Shown in pieces: positions 56,009-64,000 of a stretch of DNA of 64,000 bases (the stretch's first letter is position 1; each line of letters starts with the position of its first letter). The stretch is from a virus. Lineage: Duplodnaviria > Caudoviricetes. A model generated the notes under the pieces. It did not search any database and was not told the DNA's origin. It worked only from the letters and a program-made list of their open reading frames with translations. The position numbers and the translations under genes are program-made. The DNA is taken from IMG/VR virus record IMGVR_UViG_3300025671_008697, one strand, 5' to 3'.

Positions 56009-56323
56009 ATGATAAAAACAATAATAACCGCGGGTGTTTTGTTCATTCTGCCAACCTTAGCGATAAGTCAACAGGTACAACAAAAGCCCGTACTCTGTGA
56101 TCAAACAGTAAACGTTCTACCTTTTCTCGACAAGACATACAAAGAGCAACCTCATTGGATAGGCAAGTCCTCAAAAGACAGTGAAGGTTGGTTTGTAGTC
56201 ATGCTGAATGAGGAAACAAAAACTTGGACTCTTGTGCAATATAATCGCGAAGTAGCATGTATACTGGGTGATGGCAAAGATTTTAGAGTGCCAGAAAAAT
56301 CCGCCAAAAAAGCAGACTTGTAA
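56009..56323 (+). CDS. Small secreted protein with Cys pair
   Basis: Signal peptide, KPVLCD...ACIL..G. Confidence 0.7.
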   Translation: MIKTIITAGVLFILPTLAISQQVQQKPVLCDQTVNVLPFLDKTYKEQPHWIGKSSKDSEGWFVVMLNEETKTWTLVQYNREVACILGDGKDFRVPEKSAKKADL

Positions 56324-56335
56324 TTTTTCTGTAAC
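56318..56335 (+). promoter_or_regulatory. PHO-box-like direct repeat
   Basis: TTGTAAT-TTTT-CTGTAAC, 7-4-7 spacing against consensus CTGTCAT-N4-CTGTMAY. Confidence 0.45.
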
Positions 56336-56356
56336 ATTTGTCAAGTTAAATACTGT

Positions 56357-57325
56357 ATGGAACTACTAACATTTTGGATGGTAGTTGGATTTCTATTAGC
56401 TGCATATTCGGTTATAGCCAACGACTCGATACAGACATTAGGGACATGGTTAGCGTCAAACAACGACCGATTTCACTGGACAACATTATGGGCCGCCGCT
56501 AGTGCGGTTTTATTATGGGCAATTTGGTTTGGGTGGTATGTAAACGGCGGTGACATTTCCTACGATAGATTAGCAAGAATACCTTTTAAAGAAGTACAAT
56601 GGTACCATGCACTTGCTCCTGCTATTTTGTTATTTTTAACACGGTGGGGTGTGCCTGTAAGCACAAGTTTCTTAGTGCTAAGTGCCTTTGCCAACAGTTT
56701 TGTACTTGAAGGCATGCTGTTAAAAAGTGTTGTTGGCTACGGATTAGCCGCAGCCATTGGTTATGTAACGTGGTGGTTTTTAACTACACGCTACGATGAG
56801 CACAGACCTATACCTGAACACCACAAACCTTATTGGCGTTGCGGACAATGGTTGGCTACTGGTTTACTTTGGTGGACATGGCTAACACACGACATGGCCA
56901 ACATAGCAGTATTCTTACCAAGACAAATACCTGTAGATTTAATGGTTATAATTTCATTAATATTCGTAGGTGGACTTGGTTGGATGTTTAAAGAACGTGG
57001 AGGAGCAATACAAAAAATTGTGTTAGAAAAACACAACACACGTTATGTGCGTAGTGCTACTCTTATTGTTTTGGTCTATATGGCTATTCTTTACTTCTTT
57101 AAAGAACTAAACAACTTACCTATGAGCACCACTTGGGTGTTTGTAGGTTTGCTGTCTGGTAGAGAACTTGCACACGCCACATTCAGTGACAAGGTTGAAT
57201 TCAAAGGTGTGTTTCCTTTGGTGGCCAAAGACTTCGGCAAACTTATGATAGGTGTGTTGGCCAGTGTAGGTATTATATTGCTAATCCACTTGGTAATTCT
57301 TCCACAGACACAGATTACATTATAG
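56357..57325 (+). CDS. PiT/PHO4-like inorganic phosphate transporter
   Basis: Multi-TM. IANDSIQTLG and THDMANIA resemble the two GAND(V)AN signature repeats. PVSTS and PMSTT match the P(V)STT(H) motifs. Confidence 0.65.
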   Translation: MELLTFWMVVGFLLAAYSVIANDSIQTLGTWLASNNDRFHWTTLWAAASAVLLWAIWFGWYVNGGDISYDRLARIPFKEVQWYHALAPAILLFLTRWGVPVSTSFLVLSAFANSFVLEGMLLKSVVGYGLAAAIGYVTWWFLTTRYDEHRPIPEHHKPYWRCGQWLATGLLWWTWLTHDMANIAVFLPRQIPVDLMVIISLIFVGGLGWMFKERGGAIQKIVLEKHNTRYVRSATLIVLVYMAILYFFKELNNLPMSTTWVFVGLLSGRELAHATFSDKVEFKGVFPLVAKDFGKLMIGVLASVGIILLIHLVILPQTQITL

Positions 57326-57478
57326 ATGCCTGAAGAAATAAAGTTCTACCCAAAGCCAGAAGAACCAACGTGGTGTTGCGGCAGAGGTTGTGAAAATTGT
57401 GTGCTGATAGATTACTATCATGCACTAAAACGTTGGGAAGAACTTTTTAGTGAACAAGAAATTAATAAAGCCATATAA
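57326..57478 (+). CDS. Cys-rich Oxidored-like mini-protein, 50 aa (absent from ORF track)
   Basis: PKPEEPTWCCGRGCENCVLIDYYHALKRW matches P..P..CCGxGCxxCV...Y...L..W. ATG immediately after the upstream stop. Confidence 0.75.
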   Translation: MPEEIKFYPKPEEPTWCCGRGCENCVLIDYYHALKRWEELFSEQEINKAI

Positions 57479-57550
57479 AATATAGATCATCAGTTGTTAA
57501 ATACTCTGCACAAAAAATAATAAGAATAAATTCAGTGCGGAGCAGATATC

Positions 57551-59050
57551 ATGAAAAAATTATTAGCGACAGCAGTCGCACTTGCCGTGGCCGCGGCAGT
57601 ATCTACAGCCACCTTGGCACACACAAACAGTATTGGTTATGTTGGAGACGGTAACGGAGGTTTAAACTTCTGGTACGGTAGTTGGCATGATGGAACAACG
57701 TTCAACGAAGCAGAAATTAAAATTGTTAAGCCAGATGGAACAACAAGTATTGATGCTTTTACTTTGTTGTCACAGGATAGTCCTGCAGGCTTGATTAGTG
57801 GTGTTAACTTCTTTGGTTCAGACGGAACACAGTTGATACCTTACGACATTAATGCAGGTGGCGGTGAGTCATACACTTGGCAAGGTATAAACTATCAAAA
57901 TCTTGTAACAGGACAATATACATTTGTTTATATTCCGTTAGGCGATGCTGAAAGTACAATTTGTCCTCAGGCAGATTATCAAGCAGGTACTTGTAACGGC
58001 CCAACAGCAGATTGGGATCCAATGGATCAAGTTATTCGCAGTTTGACAATTAACCTTACTACAGGCGACCTAACGGGTGATGCTAACAACAACGGCATTC
58101 TTGATATTAACGAAGTAGCCGCTGGTTCAGCATCAGGTGGCCCAGTTGCACCAACAGTAGTAAGTCAAGGTTCAAGCCGTGTAGTCGGTTATGTTGCTGT
58201 TAGTGGCGGTGTTATTCAGATTGTACAACGTACACAAACAGACACTACTTGGGACAACATGAGTGATGGTACTACACAAAATGTACAAACTACTAGTACA
58301 GCATTACCAGACTGGACTGGACGTATTGACCAAATAGCAACAGGTAATCAAATGCTATCCGTTGTTAATCGTGGGTTAAACTTCAACGGTGTTAACTCAG
58401 TCGGCAACATGGCAAAAATGAACAACGGCATGTCAGGTGGTGTCAGTGGTGTTACGGTTGGTGGCAATAAGGATCTGGGCAATGGCTTACGCATCGGTGG
58501 TGGTGCTGGTAAATTGTCTACTCGTGTTCGAGACAACGGTAGTGCTGATGTTGATTCAACACTGGTAAATCTACACGGTAGCAAAGAAGTTACACAAGGA
58601 ACAGTAAACTTCGCATTAACACACAGTCAAAATGATTATACCACATCAAGAACTATTGGTGATTTTGTTAATGCGGGTGTAACTAATGGAACCGATACAT
58701 GGGTAAACGTAACTTTTGTTGGCCTTGGTGAACGAGTTCGTCCAGTATTTGGAGTAACTCGCGGTGTTCGTGGTGTAAACGGATACACAGAAACTGGTGA
58801 TGTACAAACTGCTAGAACAGTTGCCAAAACAACAGACTGGTATACATATGGTACTATAGGAGCACAAGCAACATTAAAAGAAGGCATTATTGCTCAAGCA
58901 CTACACCACTCAGACGGTGTGAACTCTTTAAGTATTGCAGTCAAGAAGAATCTAGAAAAAGATGCAGTATTGACAGCAGGAGTCAGTCGCAACATGACAC
59001 GTGATGGTGCGTCGACTTCAATTAATGTAGGACTGGTTAAGAAGTTCTGA
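57551..59050 (+). CDS. Autotransporter-like outer-membrane protein
   Basis: Signal peptide, passenger domain, G/P linker, C-terminal amphipathic beta strands ending SINVGLVKKF (terminal Phe). Confidence 0.75.
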   Translation: MKKLLATAVALAVAAAVSTATLAHTNSIGYVGDGNGGLNFWYGSWHDGTTFNEAEIKIVKPDGTTSIDAFTLLSQDSPAGLISGVNFFGSDGTQLIPYDINAGGGESYTWQGINYQNLVTGQYTFVYIPLGDAESTICPQADYQAGTCNGPTADWDPMDQVIRSLTINLTTGDLTGDANNNGILDINEVAAGSASGGPVAPTVVSQGSSRVVGYVAVSGGVIQIVQRTQTDTTWDNMSDGTTQNVQTTSTALPDWTGRIDQIATGNQMLSVVNRGLNFNGVNSVGNMAKMNNGMSGGVSGVTVGGNKDLGNGLRIGGGAGKLSTRVRDNGSADVDSTLVNLHGSKEVTQGTVNFALTHSQNDYTTSRTIGDFVNAGVTNGTDTWVNVTFVGLGERVRPVFGVTRGVRGVNGYTETGDVQTARTVAKTTDWYTYGTIGAQATLKEGIIAQALHHSDGVNSLSIAVKKNLEKDAVLTAGVSRNMTRDGASTSINVGLVKKF

Positions 59051-59069
59051 GTATAGTGCTTTGCATTTT

Positions 59070-59096
59070 AAAGCCCACAGATGTGGGCTTTTTTTA
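59070..59096. terminator. Bidirectional terminator between convergent genes
   Basis: AAAGCCCAC-AGAT-GTGGGCTTT followed by a T-tract. Confidence 0.88.
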
Positions 59097-59870
59097 TGTC
59101 TGTGGATTTTCCTTGCCTTCGGCATAGTTCTTTAAGTAAGCACAGTACTGTATCATACTGTGATCACTGAAACTGTCTACCTTGCCTTGTTTTAGTCCTG
59201 ACCACATGCCGCGCAGTTTGTCTTTAACTAACTGCCAACCGTTGGGATTGCGAACGTTGCCATAACTGTTCAAGTAGTGTAACGTACCGTCATGTCTAAA
59301 ACCCATTAGGGCCAAAGGCACTGTGGTAACTATGTCGTTGTTGTTTCTCCAACGATGGTGTACCACTGGAAATGTGTTTACATAGGCTTTGTTGCCTACT
59401 CGAGGACTGCCATATGTATAAATTTCAACAATGTCTGGCATACTGACGTCGCAGTGGCAACGGTTAGCCATAATAGTGGCCATTGCAGCACCTAGACTGT
59501 GTCCGCAGAACCATGCTTGCCGTGTTTTTCCTACTGCCAGTAAGTCTTCTTTGACCATAGGCCATAGTTCGTCTACTTCAGACTTAAACCCCATGTGTAC
59601 ACGGCCTATTGTTTCTGCTGCAACTTTAAGTGCTTTCAAGTCTGCACTAATGTCGTTTAACTGTGTAGGTTCTGTGCCTCTGCAGGCAATTACGATGTCG
59701 TCCTGGTTCATAAATCTATAAGACTGTGCACCTTTTTTATCGTAAAATTCTGTTTCTGTAAATCCCAATTGCAGTGCTGCTGCACGGGCCTGTTCTTCTG
59801 GTTGATATGCGATGTTTGCCAATTGAGCAAACAGATAGCTCCTTTCGGCAAAGGTCATTTGCGAAATCAT
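59094..59870 (-). CDS. Class 3 lipase (alpha/beta hydrolase)
   Basis: IACRGT, RVHMGF, GHSLGAA, YTYGSPRVG, NNNDIVTTVP, DHSM. Minus-strand TAAATA and AAGGAG upstream. Confidence 0.92.
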   Translation of the reverse strand: MISQMTFAERSYLFAQLANIAYQPEEQARAAALQLGFTETEFYDKKGAQSYRFMNQDDIVIACRGTEPTQLNDISADLKALKVAAETIGRVHMGFKSEVDELWPMVKEDLLAVGKTRQAWFCGHSLGAAMATIMANRCHCDVSMPDIVEIYTYGSPRVGNKAYVNTFPVVHHRWRNNNDIVTTVPLALMGFRHDGTLHYLNSYGNVRNPNGWQLVKDKLRGMWSGLKQGKVDSFSDHSMIQYCAYLKNYAEGKENPQT

Positions 59871-59927
59871 AGTTCTTACTCCTTTTCAATTATATTTACT
59901 GGATTAAATATAAAATTGGGAACTACA

Positions 59928-60077
59928 ATGAATCAGTTATTAGATTACTATGCGTGGGTTTGGGTACAGTGGGCATTCTTGCCCTATAGAATCATGGGCA
60001 GCACCAACGATGCCACAATGATTAGTTTAAACGGAGTTAAGGCTGCGAACCTTTGCAAGCCCACAGTAACTGAGTAG
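59928..60077 (+). CDS. Possible small protein (49 aa)
   Basis: ATG downstream of TAAATA (~59905). The 3' end overlaps the desaturase antisense. Confidence 0.3.
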   Translation: MNQLLDYYAWVWVQWAFLPYRIMGSTNDATMISLNGVKAANLCKPTVTE

Positions 60078-60743
60078 TTGAATATAAAGCCAACCTACGT
60101 CGAATTCAAACCAACGACGACTTAACTTGGCACTGCCTGGATTCAAGTGATGATTATTATGTAACTCTTCACCGCCAACAATAATACCAAAAGGTACAAG
60201 ATTACGGCTTTGATCAGTTGTCTGTCCATTTCTATATCCCCACCAATGCGCCACACCATTAATTACACCTGCTGCCCAGAACGGTATCCACAGCATCTGT
60301 ATAGCCCATACTATAACACCTACAGCACCAAATAGCAATAAATCTATCGATAATAAAATTAAAATACCTATCCAGTTGTAGGGTGTGTAAAGTCTGCGTT
60401 CTATATAATCATCAGGTGTGCCAACACCGTAAACACTGATAGTTTTTTCATTCCGGCCTTCTTGACGGTATAAGAAAGCACCCCCAAACAGCACACGCCA
60501 AATACCAAACTGATGCGGACTGTGCGGATCTCCTGGTTGGTCACTGCGACTGTGATGCTTGCGATGAATTGCTACCCATTCACGAGTTATCTGACCTGTA
60601 GTCAGCCATAACCAAAAACGCATAAAGTGACTGATTATGGGATGAAATGTGACTGCTCTGTGGCTCTGACTTCGGTGCAAATATAAAGTCACACAGGCAA
60701 TAGTTATATGGGTAGTTATTAATGTATAAAGAATTTCTGTCAT
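60027..60743 (-). CDS. Delta-9-type membrane fatty acid desaturase
   Basis: His boxes HRSQSH, HRKHH, HNNHH, and FDVGW. Start may alternatively be GTG 60773. Confidence 0.93.
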   Translation of the reverse strand: MTEILYTLITTHITIACVTLYLHRSQSHRAVTFHPIISHFMRFWLWLTTGQITREWVAIHRKHHSRSDQPGDPHSPHQFGIWRVLFGGAFLYRQEGRNEKTISVYGVGTPDDYIERRLYTPYNWIGILILLSIDLLLFGAVGVIVWAIQMLWIPFWAAGVINGVAHWWGYRNGQTTDQSRNLVPFGIIVGGEELHNNHHLNPGSAKLSRRWFEFDVGWLYIQLLSYCGLAKVRSLNSV

Positions 60744-60779
60744 AGAGTTACCACGACAGAATTTGTGCCGCACAAGTAT

Positions 60780-61934
60780 TTATTGAGCCAACAGTTTTTT
60801 AACTTCTGGTAAGTTTAAACTTTCTATGTTATAAATTTGGTCATTTGGATTATTTTTATTGTGCCAAAGCATATAACCTTCAAAATTATCTACAAGTTCG
60901 TCAACTATAATCTTTTTAAAATCTGTATAAAAATGTCGATAGTTGTGTTCTAACACTTCTTTCATATCCCAATACATTTCTTCAATTTTATCTTCTGGTA
61001 ACATTGCAATTTTTTCAACTTGATCACAGACCATCATTAATCGTTTTTCATTGTCTGGCTCACTGTCATAACTTTCATCTATCCATTTGTCAAAAGTCTT
61101 AAATCCATAGGACTTTAAGTATTCAAGATTTTTATAGGCGCCCAGCAGTATAAATGGACGTTGACTTACAATTGGTTTGAATATTTTTTCTGTAAGATGT
61201 AACTTTCGATCAAAGAAAACTGTTTCAGATACTATATGTAAAAAACAAGATTGCCACAGTGTGAATTCTTCTACTCCTAAGTGAGCACTTGCTGCACCTG
61301 TTACTTCTTTGTCTATGATATAATTATTTTTTATATGAGCAAGGTTAGTGTAAATTTTTATTTTTGATTTTTTTGAAAGTTTTGAGTTGGGATCGGCTAT
61401 TTCTTTTTTTGCAACATTTTTGTCATTTTTTATTATCTGTAGACTGACCATACCCTTATTCATAATTTTGCGTTCTTGTAACTCGCTAACAAAAAGCAGT
61501 CTGTGACTACGTAGTTGAGTACATAACCTATTAAAACTTAAAAATTTATTAGAAAATATAGGATCTTCTTTAGTAAAAAATTTGCAATCATTATACCAAT
61601 CTAAGCAGGCAAATCCATGAAAGAAATAATAGATATTATAAATTTCGTTTTTTCTGCAATATTGCTCTACTAAATTCGAATACTCGCTGGCAACTAAAAT
61701 TATTTTTTCGTTTGGATGAGCATATTTTGCAAAAATATTATCTAAAACATATTCTTGAACTGGCTCTTGATCATAATGATAAAAACAAGTACTAGATCTG
61801 TTTTCTGTTCCAAAGTTTACTGTTAGATCGTTTATGTCGATACTACCAAACAGCCAGAAATATATAATGTCAGCCTTGATTTTCTTAAATAAGTTACAGT
61901 ACAATACGTAGTATAGATTTTCAACGGAGAACAT
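60780..61934 (-). CDS. AT-rich putative glycosyltransferase-like protein
   Basis: KFLSFNR, HIVSETVF, LTEKIFKP, PFILLG...L..L...GFKTF, EHNY (GT-B C-terminal-like). Confidence 0.55.
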   Translation of the reverse strand: MFSVENLYYVLYCNLFKKIKADIIYFWLFGSIDINDLTVNFGTENRSSTCFYHYDQEPVQEYVLDNIFAKYAHPNEKIILVASEYSNLVEQYCRKNEIYNIYYFFHGFACLDWYNDCKFFTKEDPIFSNKFLSFNRLCTQLRSHRLLFVSELQERKIMNKGMVSLQIIKNDKNVAKKEIADPNSKLSKKSKIKIYTNLAHIKNNYIIDKEVTGAASAHLGVEEFTLWQSCFLHIVSETVFFDRKLHLTEKIFKPIVSQRPFILLGAYKNLEYLKSYGFKTFDKWIDESYDSEPDNEKRLMMVCDQVEKIAMLPEDKIEEMYWDMKEVLEHNYRHFYTDFKKIIVDELVDNFEGYMLWHNKNNPNDQIYNIESLNLPEVKKLLAQ

Positions 61935-63185
61935 ATGTTAAATCAAAAAATTGGTTTTATCGGTATCGGTAAACTTGGGCTAGACTGTGCAGAAGTTATG
62001 GCTGAAAAACATGAAGTTAGAGGCTATGATATTTACCCTAGGCAAAGTGACACAGTAAAAGTTTGTGGTATTGAAGAACTAGTCAATGAAAGTGATTGGA
62101 TTTTCATTGCAGTGCCTACACCCCATGCAGAAGGTTACGACGGCAGCGTACCTAGCAGTCACATGGAGCCAAAAGATTTTGGCCACGATGCAGTAATCGA
62201 TGCTATTAAAAATGTAAACAAGTATGCAAAAACAAGTAAAAAGGTTGTGCTGATCAGCACAGTATTACCGGGAACAACCAGACGTAAATTTATCCCATTG
62301 TTAGATAGTAAACACGAGTTTTGTTACAATCCATATCTAATTGCTATGGGTTCAGTAAAATGGGATATGACTAACCCAGAAATGGTTATTGTTGGAACAG
62401 AGGACGGAGAAATCAGCGGCGTTGCAGGCGAACTAATTGACTTGTATAAAACAATTATGGAAAATGATCCACGCTATGAAGTTGGCACCTGGGATGAATG
62501 CGAAGCAATAAAAATCTTTTATAACACTTATATCAGCGCCAAAGTCGGCATCGTTAACATGATTCAGGACTTTGCCATGCGTATTGGTAATATTGACGTA
62601 GACGTTGTTACTAATGCATTAGCACGTAGTACTATGCGACTACAAGGCCCCAAGTACATGACTGCTGGAATGGGGGATGCAGGTGCATGCCATCCTAGAG
62701 ATAATATTGCCTTACGTTGGCTAGCAGAAGAATATGATATTGGATACGACTTGTTTGATACAATTATGCACGCTCGAGAGATTCAAGCAGAAAACTTGGC
62801 CAAATTCTTAATTGATCAAAGCAGGGACGCCGGGGATTTGCCAATTGTTATTCATGGTAAAGCCTATAAGCCAGACGTAGAATACTGTATTGGTAGTTAT
62901 AGTACACTAGTTGGACATTATGTTACTAAGCATAGTGGCAAATCTGTTATGTACGTTGACCCTTTGTCTGATGATCCAACTGACGTGGTTTCGGAAGTCA
63001 GAGAACCGGCTGTTTATCTATGGGCACACAATCGTAAAATTACCTACGAATATACCGGACAGCAAGAAGATACGCAACCATATACCGTAATTCAACCAGG
63101 CAGTATAATTGTAGATCCTTGGAGAAAACTAAAATCTACTGATACCGTAAAAGTTGTGCATTATGGTAACACAAGGGTACAGTGA
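61935..63185 (+). CDS. UDP-glucose/GDP-mannose dehydrogenase family protein
   Basis: IGIGKLG, AVPTP, YNP, IKIFYNTY...K, GACHPRD, GKAYKP. Confidence 0.88.
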   Translation: MLNQKIGFIGIGKLGLDCAEVMAEKHEVRGYDIYPRQSDTVKVCGIEELVNESDWIFIAVPTPHAEGYDGSVPSSHMEPKDFGHDAVIDAIKNVNKYAKTSKKVVLISTVLPGTTRRKFIPLLDSKHEFCYNPYLIAMGSVKWDMTNPEMVIVGTEDGEISGVAGELIDLYKTIMENDPRYEVGTWDECEAIKIFYNTYISAKVGIVNMIQDFAMRIGNIDVDVVTNALARSTMRLQGPKYMTAGMGDAGACHPRDNIALRWLAEEYDIGYDLFDTIMHAREIQAENLAKFLIDQSRDAGDLPIVIHGKAYKPDVEYCIGSYSTLVGHYVTKHSGKSVMYVDPLSDDPTDVVSEVREPAVYLWAHNRKITYEYTGQQEDTQPYTVIQPGSIIVDPWRKLKSTDTVKVVHYGNTRVQ

Positions 63186-63681
63186 AGATTACATAAAACC
63201 TTTTTGGGATGACAGTTATAAAAGATTGCACTATATCCAAGAAGGTTTTAATGACATTGACAGTGTAAACCGTTGGCGTAATCAAGGTTACAGTAATCAG
63301 TTCACTGGTTATATGTGCGACATGTGCAGTCCGCAGCCAGAGTGGAATCACCAATTTATTGAGCACTTTAGTAATAAAGGTTGGCGTGATATTGGTACCA
63401 GTTACTATAGAATGGATACTAGTACAGTCCTACCTGTTCATAAAGATTTGTACAAAAAATACGTAGAACTTTTCAATTTACAAGGAAAAGAATCCACAAT
63501 CTATCGAGCAATTATATTTCTTGAAGATTGGCAAAGTGGACATTATGCTGAATATAACGGCGAACCGTATGTAAATTGGCTCGCAGGCAATGTCGTAGAA
63601 TGGCAGTATGATTTAACGCACATGGCCGCAAACTTGGGATTAACGCCCAGATACACACTGCAAATCACAGGTCACGTTTGA
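63160..63681 (+). CDS. Cupin/2OG-Fe(II) oxygenase-like protein
   Basis: VLPVHKD (HxD), IFLEDWQSGH, HMAAN. Paralogous to 12944..13600. Confidence 0.65.
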   Translation: MMVTQGYSEDYIKPFWDDSYKRLHYIQEGFNDIDSVNRWRNQGYSNQFTGYMCDMCSPQPEWNHQFIEHFSNKGWRDIGTSYYRMDTSTVLPVHKDLYKKYVELFNLQGKESTIYRAIIFLEDWQSGHYAEYNGEPYVNWLAGNVVEWQYDLTHMAANLGLTPRYTLQITGHV

Positions 63682-64000
63682 TGTTAAACAGTCATAATGA
63701 ATGGGACACTCTTAAAGAAATTGTTGTAGGCAAAGCGGATTACGCTAATTGGCCCAGTAATGATCCAGTGTTTGCTAAAGAAAGTGAACGCACACTTTGG
63801 AAAGAATCTCCTGTGCCCAGCGGTCCTATACCTCAACAGATCATCGATGAATCTAACGAAGACTTGGAAGCATTGTGCGATGCACTACGCAAGGAAAGTG
63901 TCATCGTACATAGACCTAACGACATCAACTTCCAAGAGTCAGGTGGCATGTATAACTACTGCCCCAGAGATAGATTAATTGTTGCAGGATCAGAAATAGT
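63681..64000 (+). CDS. Amidinotransferase (glycine/inosamine-phosphate type), 3'-truncated
   Basis: MLNSHNEWDTLKEIVVG...VHRP...YNYCPRDRLIVAGSEI. Open to the window end, so absent from the ORF track. Confidence 0.85.
   Translation, partial: MLNSHNEWDTLKEIVVGKADYANWPSNDPVFAKESERTLWKESPVPSGPIPQQIIDESNEDLEALCDALRKESVIVHRPNDINFQESGGMYNYCPRDRLIVAGSEI

Noticed and set aside
309-63978. Numerous short alternative-frame and antisense ORFs in the track (e.g. 8434-8937, 23611-24030, 28725-29078, 40250-40543)
   Set aside because: They lie wholly within well-supported genes, with no motifs, SD or promoter support.
1-64000. Stop-codon reassignment
   Set aside because: TAA, TAG and TGA all terminate genes at expected lengths, and conserved genes are unbroken in code 11.
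1-64000. tRNA/rRNA genes, integrase, transposase
   Set aside because: None recognised by eye and intergenic gaps are mostly too short. A tRNAscan/Infernal run would be needed to be certain.

Overview
This window is a gene-dense, almost entirely plus-strand segment of a large (T4-like/jumbo-type) dsDNA phage genome using the standard genetic code. The host is probably a proteobacterium (inference from IscU/IscA, class Ia NrdA/NrdB and ClpS sequence types). In order: a 5'-truncated NAD+ synthetase and a nucleotide-sugar cluster (two SDR enzymes, RfbH/E1-type 3-dehydrase, FkbM methyltransferase, TPP enzyme split into two genes); an early-gene block behind repeated operator + sigma70 promoter modules; replication genes (UvsW-like helicase, gp62-like protein, a 193-aa miniature DnaE, primase, gp41-like helicase) interleaved with AT-rich tailoring-enzyme genes; tail/virion genes; iscU-[B12 radical SAM]-iscA; nrdA-nrdB-glutaredoxin; a PAAR module; SleB hydrolase; a second early block; rpsU-hsp20-clpS; a cell-envelope block (Thr/Asn-repeat secreted protein cassette, PiT-like transporter, autotransporter, lipase, desaturase); and the start of another sugar/amidino-transfer cluster. 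The best leads are the miniature Pol III core, a 16-bp palindromic operator fixed 1 bp upstream of four early -35 boxes, the branched-deoxysugar pathway, a ROSE-like thermometer on hsp20, the Thr/Asn-repeat envelope cassette, and AT-rich cargo genes slotted into core operons. All product calls come from motif recognition by eye; no database search or folding computation was run.
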